A stretch of 64,000 nucleotides of DNA, taken from contig CM000151.3 of the NCBI GenBank assembly GCA_000004695.1, positions 224,001 to 288,000 on the forward strand, in the 5' to 3' direction. Positions 49,307 through 61,189 of the stretch are shown one piece after another. The notes below the pieces were generated by a model that saw nothing but the letters and a program-made list of their open reading frames with translations, was not told where the DNA came from and did no database searches. The DNA comes from Dictyostelium discoideum (lineage: Eukaryota). The number at the start of each line of letters is the position of its first letter. The stretch's first letter is position 1. A program made the position numbers and the translations under genes.

Positions 49307-49338
<32 letters not shown>

Positions 49339-50712
49339 TTTTTTCTCATTTTTTTTTTCTTTTTTTTTTATTTTCATATTTTCATTTTAGGACAACAAAT
49401 TATCAAACATTAAAGAAATCTAAAACTTCAGAATATTTATCATTTGAAAATAATTTAATTTAAAAGAAATGTGAAGAGTTTATATTATTTGTTATTAATG
49501 AATTACCAAAATTAAAATACTTAATTGGGTATTAATTTCAAAAGATGAAAGAACAAAAGCAGCAAAATTAGATAGTGAAGGTTTCTTTCAAAACAATTCT
49601 AAGTGTTACTCCAGTTGTTATCAATAATAAAAAATAAATAATAATAATAATGTGATATCATCAGCTCAATCTTCACTATCATTAAGTAGTGCATCAACAC
49701 CAATTCCAACTCCATTAAATACTAGTAGTAATAATATTGGTGGTAATACTACTACAAGTGTATCAGTGGGATAATCCCCAACAATTAGGGGTATACCATC
49801 ATCACCAGATCAACAAGTTTTATTCAACGCAAACCATCAGTCGGTGCAATATGATGCCAAAATTAAATTCTTCTTTGAATTGATCAACTGATTTCCTTGG
49901 TAAAGAAAGAGAAAATCATCAATCATCTTCACCTTCATATTCATCATTATCAATATCATCATCATCACAACAGCAACATAATAGTAACAATCATCCAAAA
50001 TCGATTGATGAAGCACCTGAAGTATTATCACCATTTGATATTTTACAATCAAAAGTTAATGCAGAGAATTCTTTATCTTCATCACAAGATTTAAATCAAC
50101 ATAATGTAACAACGGCTAGTCAAATTTTACAAGAAATTAAACCAACTAAAGAATTAACTAAACAAGAAACTGAAGCATGCAATTCCAGAGGAACCAATTG
50201 AAGAATGTAATAAATCAACTACAACCACTGCAATTAAGATCATCTTCTTCATCTTCTTCATCTTCTACAACAACAACAAAAACAACAACAACATCACCAC
50301 CACCACAACAACAATTAGATTCGCCATTACCATTACCAGTTAATATTATTAATATGCCAATGGATGATGATGAACTTATTAGTGATGGTACAATAAGTGG
50401 TGCTTAAACTAATGATGGTATCAATTATTGTACCATCATTAGTTAAAGAATCATCAAGAGAATCATTATTGGCTACAACTATTGATAATTCAACATTATC
50501 AACTACACCATCACCATCTCCAAAATTACCAACTCTTGAAACTGCTAAACCATTGTTACATCATCATCTTCTTCTTCTTCAAACACCACTACTCAAACTA
50601 ATAAAGTTTCTGGTGGTTCTGCTAAAGAAATTTGGACTAAAATTGATCAAAATACTGCACCATCAACTCCATCTAAAATTTTACCAAAAAGATTACCTTC
50701 TCAATCAAATCT

Positions 50713-50774
<62 letters not shown>

Positions 50775-51342
50775 TAATTAATTAAATAAATAAACAAAAA
50801 GAATAAATAAATAAAAACAATAAATAAAAAAAAAGATAATAAAATAAAACTACAATCTTAATTGAAAAAATAAATAAATAAATAAATAAATAAAATAAAT
50901 AAATAAAATAAAACTAGTTTTAATAAATCTAAAACTTTGTAAATATGTTTTGAAAAAAAAAAAAAAATTTTTATTTTATTGTTTAACTAAATTTGGTTTA
51001 AAATTCAAATAAAGAACTATCTACTCTAAAAAAGAAACCCTTTTCAAATGATAATTGTTGAACACCATTTCTACAATCACTACCGTCATGAGTAGAAAAT
51101 TACCATTTAAACTAAATTGAATAAATCCACTCGATAACCTGTTGGAAATTAGCTACTTGATGTTTTTTAATTATTATTTATTGTTTATTTGTTTATTTGT
51201 CTATTTATTTATTCATTTATTTATTCATTTATTTATTCATTTATATATTCATTCACTAATAATATTACCTACTTTAAAATTGAAAAAATGAAAATGAAAA
51301 AAAAAAAAAAAAAATTGAAAAAAATTGAAAAAAAAAAAATTG

Positions 51343-51391
<49 letters not shown>

Positions 51392-51589
51392 TCCCCATAT
51401 TTTTAATATTAAATAAAATAATAATTAAACCCAAAAATAAAATTCCCATTTAATAAACTTTATTTGTTTTTTGAAAAAAAAAAAAAATTTAAGGGCAGTG
51501 ATTTTTTTTTTCACTGCACAACTGTAGTGAAATTAAATAATAAAATTCACTGCGCTGGGCAGTGAAATTTTATTGAAAATTCCCTACAA
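49117..51589. mobile_element. candidate non-autonomous DNA element or pair of MITE-like insertions. A 36-bp inverted repeat pair (49117-49152 and 51554-51589) flanks 2.4 kb of degenerate Ser/Thr-rich coding fragments.
   Basis: TTGTAGGGAATTTTCAATAAAATTTCACTGCCCAGC at 49117 is the exact reverse complement of GCTGGGCAGTGAAATTTTATTGAAAATTCCCTACAA at 51554. Adjacent 15-bp perfect hairpin arms TTTAGGGTCAGTGAT / ATCACTGACCCTAAA at 49162-49176 and 49206-49220. A related CACTGCCCTTAAA arm near 51490. No transposase ORF. Confidence 0.4.
50714..50772. repeat. (AAT)n microsatellite, about 19 units
   Basis: Read directly. Confidence 0.9.
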
Positions 51590-51866
51590 CAAAATAAATT
51601 TTTTGCTACCTCTAGTTTTTTTTAATCTATAATAAAAATATAAATATCCAAAATTATTAATTGAAATTTAATTGATTTTTAAATTGACAAAAGAAAAAAA
51701 AAACCGATATCTTGGACATCCAAGACAAAATTTTTTTTTTTTTTTAATTTTTTAATTTTTTTTCTTTTTTATTTTCTGCTTTTTTTTTTTTTTTTTTTCT
51801 TTTAAACAAAAAAACATAAATAAAAATAAAAAATAATAAATAACAAATAAATAATAAACAATTATA

Positions 51867-54800
51867 ATGAATAATGAATATAATGAAATATTATTTTGGA
51901 AAGTTTTTAAAAATAAATATTTATTAAATTATATATTAAAAAATAAATGTTGTCGTAAAAGTAAAAAATTTAAAAATATCACATCAGTAGATTCAATGTT
52001 AAAACATAAATTATATCAACTTTTGATATGTAAATTAAAAGCAGATGAAAATTTAAAATTTAAACATAGAAATTATAAAATCATGAATGAAATAAAAGAT
52101 ATAGAAGTATTCAAAGAGATATATTCATTATTACTTTTTAAAGGTTACCAAGGCTCTGAGGTTTTATTCGAAAAGATTTGGGGTATAAAATCAGTAGATT
52201 TATTTGATTTTCATATAAAATATCATCCAGAAGTATTTCAAACCTATATAGATCTTAAAATACACTCAATCTTCATATATAATCATCCAAAATTAATAAT
52301 AAAGGTTTTAAAATTTTTAGAAGAGTCCATCAATCATAATAAACCATTTACTTTTACCAAAATTGAAAGAAATTTTATCATTATGGAATATTTATATTAT
52401 AAACAACACCGATGCAATAGTGAAGAATTTAAAGAAAAGATGGAAATAATATCTAATATTCCAATATCTTCAACCTCAATACTTCAAAATTCATTTTCAA
52501 GTTCAGATAATAGTGTGGATGTAAATTGGTATCTAAAAAATAAAAAATTAATACCTTTTGGATTTAATAATATTCAAACATCATTTCATTGCTCTAAAGA
52601 AACTTTAAGATATTATTTCTCTCGTATTGGCGAGAAGAGAGATAAAGATATTCAACAATCTGTTTATTGCAAAAATAATTTAAGAATGTTTTCAAACTTT
52701 TGTTCTGACTTTGATTTTGCTATTTCCGACATCTATGAATGTATCTCTTCATCTATCAATTCAGTTTTATTATATTTTAAATTGTATTATTGCAACTATC
52801 ATGAATTTAGTAAATCAAAAAGTATACCAACATCGATTCAAACTCAAATTGATATAATAATTGGAAATAGTAAACATAGTGATTATAATGAATATCAATC
52901 AATTAAACAATTATTTCAACTATTTATTAATGAAACTAAATCTAATGTTTTATATGCATGGTATTTAAAAGAATATAATGAACCAATTGACACCATTCGA
53001 CTCTGTGAAAAAATTAAACTATTGTTAATATATTTTATGGCAAAAACCTATAGCACCAATATATTAAAGTTTCTATTGAAAAAACATGTAAAAATCAATA
53101 TAACAAAATCAGATTTGGACTATATTGGTGAAACATATCTCAACACTTTATTCAAAAGTAATCAAATAGATAATAACAATATTATTATGTTCTATAAAAT
53201 CTATTCCACACAAAAATCAATCATTATAGAAGATATTGAAGAAAAACCATTAGATGATGTAATATCAACAAAGGAACTTATCGATTTGCCTGAAAAACAA
53301 TTTCAATTAATTCTATTATCGAAATGGAAAGAAATTACATCAAATCTAATTGATAATGATATGATTGTTACAATTAAAGATAAAGAAACAATCGATTGGT
53401 TATCAGATATCGAAACAGGTGGTTGTAGTATTTTAAAAATAAGAAATGCTTTAAATTCAAAATTAAATCAAATGAAACTTGATTTTAGTACATCAGAATT
53501 ATTAGAATATGCAAGAATCAAATTTAAACGAGTAATTCCAATTTTAGATTCAAATAAACAGTTGTGTAATATTCACATTTTACGTACTCATGATGATATT
53601 GTATCATTAATCAATCGATTAAACCAATCAAACTTTAATGATAATGAAGATTTATTTAAATATTATATGATTCAAATTATTCAATTTGGTTCAAAAAATT
53701 CAATTAAATACCTAAGATTAATTTGTGATTCTATTGATGGGTTATTGTTGGACTATCTTGATTGGGGGGTTTTAGTAATGAGAATATTTAATTACGATTT
53801 GAGACTGTTTTATATTAACTCATATATATATGATATTTGGGATGTTTCGGCAGGTTATCATGAAAATGAAAAATTCAAACAATATAAAATACCAACTCAA
53901 CAAACATGTCAAATAATCAATCTCACTAAAATTAAAGTAAATTTCAATAACTTTCCAAATGTAACCTCTTATTTATTTCAAACATTTATTGAACTTTTAA
54001 ATTTTGAAGGTGTACAATTTATTCTTGATAATTTAAATGGTAAAGATTTAAAATTACATGAAAAAGCATTTAAAGATCGTTTTGATCATAGAATCTATAC
54101 ATGCAAATATTTATATAAAGATTTAATTGATATTATTCAGTTTTTAATTGATAGATTCAAAGATGGTCAATTATCATTATCAAATTTATCATTGATATTA
54201 AATTTCTTTTATTTAAAGTTAATTAGAGTCAATAATTTAACAATTGACCAAATTAAAACAGCTCATCAATTAATATCAAATTATATCAAAATAAAGAGTT
54301 CAAAATACACTTCATACTATTATTTAAAAACTTTTTCACCAATCATCGGATCATGTGTAGTCGTTATTGAAGTTCCCTGTGGTAGTTCTTTAAAAGAACC
54401 ATTCTTGAAATATTATATAAATACATCAGTATATACATTCGAATATATATTTACTGATAGAAATAATAAAGATTTAAATCAATTTATCGATTCAACAATC
54501 ATGGACATTGTAAAAGATAACTTTAATATCCAAGTCTCCAAGATGTTAGATTATAATAATCCAAGAGTTAATTTATTTTTACATTATTTCGAAATTGAAT
54601 TAAAATTTAGAAAGGAAAATAAAATCAAAAAACCATTTTTAAAATACCAACTATTGAAATTAATAATTAAAACATTTGATTTAGAATCATTTATTAAATT
54701 AGATAATTTATTACAACAATATGAACAAGAGGATGCTAATGATGATGGTGGACATGAAAATATAATAGGATCTATAGATAAATATAGATCCTATAGATAT

Positions 54801-54956
54801 TATGTCAAACCATTAGCATCTAATATGGTTGAATGGTTTGGTATAATTGTATACAAAGATTATTCAGATTATCAAGATATTATAAATTACTTATTTAATA
54901 AATATAAAAGCCAATTGAAACCATATGTAAATTACTATAAATCAAAAATCTGGTAG
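51867..54956 (+). CDS. intact 1029-aa protein of unknown function, intronless. Its N-terminus shares the ILFWKVFKNKYLLNYIL motif with FNIP-family N-termini.
   Basis: ATG at 51867 to TAG at 54954-54956, with no internal stops. Lys/Asn/Ile-rich; no catalytic motif recognised. Confidence 0.55.
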   Translation: MNNEYNEILFWKVFKNKYLLNYILKNKCCRKSKKFKNITSVDSMLKHKLYQLLICKLKADENLKFKHRNYKIMNEIKDIEVFKEIYSLLLFKGYQGSEVLFEKIWGIKSVDLFDFHIKYHPEVFQTYIDLKIHSIFIYNHPKLIIKVLKFLEESINHNKPFTFTKIERNFIIMEYLYYKQHRCNSEEFKEKMEIISNIPISSTSILQNSFSSSDNSVDVNWYLKNKKLIPFGFNNIQTSFHCSKETLRYYFSRIGEKRDKDIQQSVYCKNNLRMFSNFCSDFDFAISDIYECISSSINSVLLYFKLYYCNYHEFSKSKSIPTSIQTQIDIIIGNSKHSDYNEYQSIKQLFQLFINETKSNVLYAWYLKEYNEPIDTIRLCEKIKLLLIYFMAKTYSTNILKFLLKKHVKINITKSDLDYIGETYLNTLFKSNQIDNNNIIMFYKIYSTQKSIIIEDIEEKPLDDVISTKELIDLPEKQFQLILLSKWKEITSNLIDNDMIVTIKDKETIDWLSDIETGGCSILKIRNALNSKLNQMKLDFSTSELLEYARIKFKRVIPILDSNKQLCNIHILRTHDDIVSLINRLNQSNFNDNEDLFKYYMIQIIQFGSKNSIKYLRLICDSIDGLLLDYLDWGVLVMRIFNYDLRLFYINSYIYDIWDVSAGYHENEKFKQYKIPTQQTCQIINLTKIKVNFNNFPNVTSYLFQTFIELLNFEGVQFILDNLNGKDLKLHEKAFKDRFDHRIYTCKYLYKDLIDIIQFLIDRFKDGQLSLSNLSLILNFFYLKLIRVNNLTIDQIKTAHQLISNYIKIKSSKYTSYYYLKTFSPIIGSCVVVIEVPCGSSLKEPFLKYYINTSVYTFEYIFTDRNNKDLNQFIDSTIMDIVKDNFNIQVSKMLDYNNPRVNLFLHYFEIELKFRKENKIKKPFLKYQLLKLIIKTFDLESFIKLDNLLQQYEQEDANDDGGHENIIGSIDKYRSYRYYVKPLASNMVEWFGIIVYKDYSDYQDIINYLFNKYKSQLKPYVNYYKSKIW

Positions 54957-55124
54957 AAACTAAAATATAAAAATAAAACAATAAATTTTAGAATAATTGT
55001 TTATTAAAATAATAATAATAAAAAAAAAAAAAAAGAAATAAAGAAAAAAAAAGTAATTACGAAGGTGTTAATACCTTTTTTTTTTTCATACGAAGGTGTT
55101 AATACCTTTTTTTTTTTATTTTCA

Positions 55125-55157
<33 letters not shown>

Positions 55158-55447
55158 TTTGTTTTTTTTTTTATTTTTATTTTTTTTTTTCTAAGTATGT
55201 TGTTATAAAAGTGTAGTGTTCATATTTATTTTAATTTCTCTTTTTTTTTTGGTGTACACCAAAAAAATAATATAAAGAAATAATAATGTTAACAAAAAAT
55301 AAAAATAAATATTTCAAGATATTATTTTTTTGAAATTTTAAAATCCATGTGTTTTTATTTTTTTTTGTTTTTTTATTTTTTTTTTTTTTAAGTTTTAAAT
55401 ATTTTCATTTTTTTAACTCATTAGTCAGCTCACTCTTACAAATAATT

Positions 55448-57436
55448 ATGTCAACAAATAAAAAATTTAAAAAATATAATAATAAAATATTTCAAGATGT
55501 TATTGATTTTGAAATTTTAAGATCTATAATCAATTATTTATTAACCAGCAACACAAATAAAAAAAATAATAATAATAATTACAACACTAGTAATCAATAT
55601 AAAATTAATAAATTTTATTTAAATGGAAATGAAATATTAAATTATACATTAGTTTCAAAAAAGTGGTATAATTTTATATCATTAACAATATCAAATAATA
55701 TTATTAATAATAAATTATTTGAACATTGGTTAAAAATTAATTATAATAATAATAATAATTATAATATTATTAATAATAAATCATTTGATAATTGGTTAAA
55801 AATTTATAATAATAATAATAATAAATCATTTATTGAAAACTATAATAATCGAAATCAATATGATAAAAATAATTTATTTTTAAAAAGTGCTAAACAAAAT
55901 AAAATTAGCCAATTTAAAATTAGTTTCAATAAAGAGTTTTCAATTATAAAAATCAAAGAATCAATAATTAATGATTATTTTAAATTCAATTTATTTTTAG
56001 ATTATATTACAATTGATGATTTTAAAGAAATTAAAAAGAAATTTGAAAATAATCAATTACTTTATAATAGAATTGTAATTGATATTAATATTGGAAATGG
56101 TTATGATGATTATAGTTCAAACCAAAGTGATATTATATTTAAAATACATGAATATATATCAAATGAAAATTTAGAGACTATATCAAATTTATTTAAAATA
56201 TTAGAATTAAATTATGTTTATTTGGAAATTGGGGATTATATTCCAAAATCCCCTGAAAAGGGCAAAAGTAATAATAAGAAATGTACCGAAATGTATTTTA
56301 AAAGTTTATCAGTTGATGGTTTATATGAGAACGAAGAAACAGTAAAGATATTCAAAATTTTCAAAGGTAAAAATGTAATATTTCATGGTCCAACACATGC
56401 CGACTCACCATTATTTGACCCAGATAATTCAGGTCAACAAGTTGAATCATTTAAAGTACAAACTGATTTATTCGGATCTTTTGTTGAAGCACGTCATCTA
56501 ATCAAAAGTAATCAATTTGAAAATTTACATTCAATTTCAATAAAAATTAATTCATTTCAAATATTATCAAATATATCTGAAGAAATGGGATCTTATAGAT
56601 TCTATAATAATCATAATTATAAAAATGATCCACCAGATTCGAAAAATATGAAATCAGAATTAAATCAAATGATTAACTCATTCATTACAAGTAAATCTTT
56701 AAAGAATTTAAAAATAACAGCCAATAATACTACACACTATTCAATTGAATATGATGCTTGCTATATTGGAGGTGATCATGAAACTTTTGCAAATAAAATA
56801 AATGAAAATATAGAATCATATTCAAATTCATTTAAACCATTATTTTCAGAATTAAATACATCAATTGAAAGAATTGAATTAAATTGTTGTGGTTTATTAA
56901 ATATCAATACATTTTCAAATTTATTAAATAATAAATCAATTAAATATCTATATTTATACGGTGATAGTGATTTCATTGTTTACTCATCAAAACAAAATGG
57001 TGGTAATAGTGGTGGTGGTGATGGTGTATTACATAAAGAATCTATTTCAATTAATCAGTATTTATTTGATAATATATTTACATCACCATTAACATCAATT
57101 AGACATTATAGAATTAAATTCAAAGAATCAAATCAATTAAAATTAATATTTAATTTAATATTTAATAATATTTTTAAATTACAATTGTATTCATTAATAT
57201 TTAAAATTTATAAAAACGAATTAGTTGGTGAATTTGTTAAAGAATTTAAAAATTTAATAAATAATATTTCAACACAACAAGATCAACAACAAAAATTAAA
57301 TAACATATATTTAAAAGAAATTAAAATAAAAATTGAAGATGATAAATATATTCAAGAATTAAATAATATTAAAAATCCATATTTCACAACAGTAATAAAG
57401 AAATTACCAAAAAGGTTGTGTACACTTAAAAGATAA
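55448..57436 (+). CDS. family member D (662 aa from ATG 55448) of the F-box-like tandem family
   Basis: MSTNKKFKKYNNKIFQDVIDFEILRSIINYLL...KWYNFISLTISNNIINN...IERIELNCCGLLNINTFSNLL. Conserved leader CATTAGTCAGCTCACTCTTACAAATAATT upstream. The track start 55349 is GTG. Confidence 0.7.
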   Translation: MSTNKKFKKYNNKIFQDVIDFEILRSIINYLLTSNTNKKNNNNNYNTSNQYKINKFYLNGNEILNYTLVSKKWYNFISLTISNNIINNKLFEHWLKINYNNNNNYNIINNKSFDNWLKIYNNNNNKSFIENYNNRNQYDKNNLFLKSAKQNKISQFKISFNKEFSIIKIKESIINDYFKFNLFLDYITIDDFKEIKKKFENNQLLYNRIVIDINIGNGYDDYSSNQSDIIFKIHEYISNENLETISNLFKILELNYVYLEIGDYIPKSPEKGKSNNKKCTEMYFKSLSVDGLYENEETVKIFKIFKGKNVIFHGPTHADSPLFDPDNSGQQVESFKVQTDLFGSFVEARHLIKSNQFENLHSISIKINSFQILSNISEEMGSYRFYNNHNYKNDPPDSKNMKSELNQMINSFITSKSLKNLKITANNTTHYSIEYDACYIGGDHETFANKINENIESYSNSFKPLFSELNTSIERIELNCCGLLNINTFSNLLNNKSIKYLYLYGDSDFIVYSSKQNGGNSGGGDGVLHKESISINQYLFDNIFTSPLTSIRHYRIKFKESNQLKLIFNLIFNNIFKLQLYSLIFKIYKNELVGEFVKEFKNLINNISTQQDQQQKLNNIYLKEIKIKIEDDKYIQELNNIKNPYFTTVIKKLPKRLCTLKR

Positions 57437-57439
57437 AAA

Positions 57440-57945
57440 ATAAAACATCAAAAAAACTGGTGATTATGGTAGTGGTGGAAGTGGTAGTGGTAATAGTGGT
57501 GGTGATGGTGTATTACATAAAGAACCTATTTCAATTAATCAATATTTATTTGAAAATATATTTACATCTCAATAAACATCAATTAGACATTATAAAATTA
57601 AATTCAAAAATTCAAAACAATTAAAATTAATATTTAATTTAATATTAAATAATATTTTTAAATTACAATTATATTCATTAATATTTGAATTCTATGAAAA
57701 AGAATTAATTGGCGAATTTGATAAAGAATTTAAAAATTTAATAAATAATATTTCAACACAACAACAACAAAAATCAAATAACATAAATCTAAAAGAAATT
57801 AAAATTAAAATTAAAATTAAAATTAGACATAATGAATTAATTCAAAAATTAAATAATATTAATAATCCATATTTCAAAACAGTGATAAAGAAAATAGCTT
57901 TTAATGATGGTCGTGCACCGGAGAAAAAAACCTAAGAAATTTTAC
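57440..57945 (+). pseudogene. C-terminal remnant (about 150 codons) of a family member directly abutting member D. A partial tandem duplication with an in-frame stop (TCTCAATAAACATCA vs family TCACCATTAACATCA).
   Basis: GDGVLHKEPISINQYLFENIFTSQ-stop-TSIRHYKIKFKNSKQLKLIFNLILNNIFKLQLYSLIFEF...NPYFKTVIKKIA parallels the C-termini of the intact members. Confidence 0.6.
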
Positions 57946-58233
57946 TATTTTGTGAGAAATTAAACTACCGCAAAAACTCATATTTTAAGAAACGATATTA
58001 TAATTTAATAAAATTTTTAACAAACTAATATCAATTTCTAATTAATAATTAATCACACTTTATTATTAAATTATCATAAAATAATAAAAGAATCTGGCCA
58101 TAATAAAAATATATTTTAATAAATTAAAAATTGATAAAATCTAATATTATTTAATTAAAATTACATTGGTCCATCAACTTCCATGCTGCATCATCAAACT
58201 GCTCCATAAACAACAATAAACAGCAACCAATCA

Positions 58234-58272
<39 letters not shown>

Positions 58273-58299
58273 GATTTAAATTTAGGAACAATTCACAAA

Positions 58300-58480
58300 A
58301 GTCATACTAATTATACCTTGTGATGTGAGGATTAAATTGAGTTTGTGCTTGAATTGATTGATCATGCAGAGTTTCTGAGCGGTTTGTCTGGTTGGTTCCA
58401 GATGTTCCAACACACCCTTTGATTTATATGTTGTTGATTTATATATTTGTTTGAGTGTGACACATTTGAAGGTTTAAAAA
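58300..58480. other. unexplained GC-elevated non-coding island between family members D' and E
   Basis: TGTGATGTGAGGATTAAATTGAGTTTGTGCTTGAATTGATTGATCATGCAGAGTTTCTGAGCGGTTTGTCTGGTTGGTTCCAGATGTTCCAACACACCC. No ORF. Contrasts with the surrounding A/T runs. It could be an ncRNA or a retroelement LTR remnant; I cannot decide from sequence. Confidence 0.2.
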
Positions 58481-58760
58481 AAAAAAAAAAAAAAATTAAA
58501 AAAAAAAAAAATTTTTATTATTTATTTTTTTTAAACCATGACCAAATTTTTTTTTTTTTTTTTTTTTTGTGTTTATTTTAATAATTTATTTGTTTTTAAA
58601 TTTGTTTGAAATAGAAAAAGAATGAAACTTTAAAATTAAAAAAAAAATATGGAGATATTTGTGATGGTACCATTAAATTTCAAAAAAAAAAAAAAATTAA
58701 AAAAAATTTAAAAAAAAAAAATTGAAAAAATGAGCCATCCAAAATATCTGATTATTTTAT

Positions 58761-58802
<42 letters not shown>

Positions 58803-58898
58803 AAATTTAATTTTTTTTTTTAATTTTTTTATTAAAAAAAAAAAAAAAAAAAATCTAGCATTAGTCAGACTCACTCTTTATAATTTAGACTAATAATA

Positions 58899-60827
58899 AT
58901 GTCAACAAATAAAAAAATAAAAACAGATAATAATAATAAAAAATTACAAGATATTATTGATTTTGAAATTTTAAAATCTATAATTAATTATTTATTAATC
59001 AACAAAAAAAATAATAATAATAATAATAATACTAGTAATCAATATAAAATTAATAAATTTTATTTTAATATAAATGAAATATTAAATTATATATTAGTTT
59101 CAAAAAAGTGGTATAATTTTATATCATTAACAATATCAAATAATATTATTAATAATAAATCATTTGAACATTGTTTAAAAATTAATTATAATAATAATAA
59201 TAAATCATTTATTGAAAATTATAATAATCAAAATCAATATGATAAAAATTATTTAATTTTTAAAAACAAAGATAATAACCAATATAAAATTAGTTTTAAT
59301 AAAGAGTTTACAATTATAAAAATCAAAGAATCAATAATTGAAGATTATTTTAAATTCAATTTATTTTTACATAAGTTTGAATTTGAAGATTTTAAAGAAA
59401 TTAAAAATAAATTTGAAAATAATCAATTACTTTATAATAGAATTGTAGTTAATGTTGATACTGATTATATGTGTGAAGATGATACTTTATTAAGAATACA
59501 GAAATATATATCAAATGAGAATCCAGAAATCATATCAAATTTATTTAAAATATTAGAATTAAATTTTGGTTTTTGGTTGGAAAATGGTTATCGTCCAGAT
59601 TCTGAAGAGGATGAGGAGGAGGGGGAGGATGATGATGATGATACTGATGATAAAGGTAATAAGAAATGTACCACTGAATTATATTTAAATAATATATCAA
59701 TTGATGGTTTTTGTATAGATGATGGTGAAGATAATGAAACAGTAAAGATATTCAAAATTTTAAAAGGTAGAAATTTAATTTATAGGGGATCTGATGTTGA
59801 AAGTGATAGTCCGACACATGTCAATTATTCAGCATTATTTGATCCAGACAATTCAGGCCAACAAGTTGAATCAATTAAAGTAAAAAATGAGTCTGATAAT
59901 GAAGAATTTGTTGAAGCACGTCATTTAATCAAAGTTCATCAATTTGAAAATTTACATTCAATTACAATACCAATTAATTCATTTCAAATATTATCAAACT
60001 TATCTGAAGAAATGGGATTTTATTCGTTATATCGTAATAATGCAGATTCAGGTAATTCAGAAAATATGAAATCAGAATTAAATCAAATGATCAATTCATT
60101 AATTACATGTAAATCTTTAAAGAATTTAAATTTATCATGTGCAAAATATATAAGCTTTAGTTTTGATGATTTTTCTCGTTTTGATCAAATTTTTGCTAAT
60201 CAAATAAATGAAACTATAGAATCATATTCAAATTCCTTTAAACCATTATTTTCAGAATTAAATACATCAATTGAAAGAATTGAATTTGATTGTATGGGTT
60301 TATTAAATATCAATACATTTTCAAATTTATTAAATAATAAATCAATTAAATATTTATATTTGTATGGTAATAGTGATTTCATTGTTTACTCATCAAAACA
60401 AACTGGTGATAATGGTGGTGGTGGTGATGATGATATTAATGAATTACATAAAGAACTTATTTCAACTAATCAATATTTATTTGATAATATATTTTCATCA
60501 CCATTAACATCAATTAGACATTATAAAATTAAATTCATAGAATCAAAACAAATAAAATTCATATTTAATTTAATATTAAATAATATTTTTAAATTACAAT
60601 TATATTCATTAATATTCGAATTCAATGAAAACGAAATAGTTGGTGAATTTGTTAAAGAGTATAAAGATTTAATAAATAATATTTCAACACAACAAAAACA
60701 AGAACAAAAATCAAATAACATAAATTTAAAAGAAATTAAAATTAAAATTAAAGATGATAAATATATTCAAGAATTAAATAATATTAATAATCCATATTTC
60801 TCAACAGTAATAAAGAAAATGGCTTGA
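58899..60827 (+). CDS. family member E (642 aa)
   Basis: Intact ORF from ATG 58899. Leader CATTAGTCAGACTCACTCTTTATAATTTAGACTAATAATAATG. Conserved family blocks. Confidence 0.7.
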   Translation: MSTNKKIKTDNNNKKLQDIIDFEILKSIINYLLINKKNNNNNNNTSNQYKINKFYFNINEILNYILVSKKWYNFISLTISNNIINNKSFEHCLKINYNNNNKSFIENYNNQNQYDKNYLIFKNKDNNQYKISFNKEFTIIKIKESIIEDYFKFNLFLHKFEFEDFKEIKNKFENNQLLYNRIVVNVDTDYMCEDDTLLRIQKYISNENPEIISNLFKILELNFGFWLENGYRPDSEEDEEEGEDDDDDTDDKGNKKCTTELYLNNISIDGFCIDDGEDNETVKIFKILKGRNLIYRGSDVESDSPTHVNYSALFDPDNSGQQVESIKVKNESDNEEFVEARHLIKVHQFENLHSITIPINSFQILSNLSEEMGFYSLYRNNADSGNSENMKSELNQMINSLITCKSLKNLNLSCAKYISFSFDDFSRFDQIFANQINETIESYSNSFKPLFSELNTSIERIEFDCMGLLNINTFSNLLNNKSIKYLYLYGNSDFIVYSSKQTGDNGGGGDDDINELHKELISTNQYLFDNIFSSPLTSIRHYKIKFIESKQIKFIFNLILNNIFKLQLYSLIFEFNENEIVGEFVKEYKDLINNISTQQKQEQKSNNINLKEIKIKIKDDKYIQELNNINNPYFSTVIKKMA

Positions 60828-61189
60828 TTAAGGTTATTTATAAAAAAAAAAAAAAATAAAAAAAAAAATAAAAAAACTTATATTTTTTAAATTTATAATT
60901 TTTTTTTTTTTCATTTTATGTGGACCTATCTTTTTCCAAAAACTAATTATGTTTTTTTTTTTTTTTTAATACATTAACATAAATTTTTTTTTTTTTCACA
61001 CAATAACACACATTTTTTGAAATTAATTTTTGATATTTTTTTTTTTTTACCAAAAAAAAAAAATATTAAATTAAATTTTTTTTTTTTTTTATTTTTTTAT
61101 TTTAATACAGGTCAACCAATTGGCAAACTAAAAAAAAAAAAAAATTTAACATTAGTTAGACTCACTCTTAATAATTTTAATAAATAATA

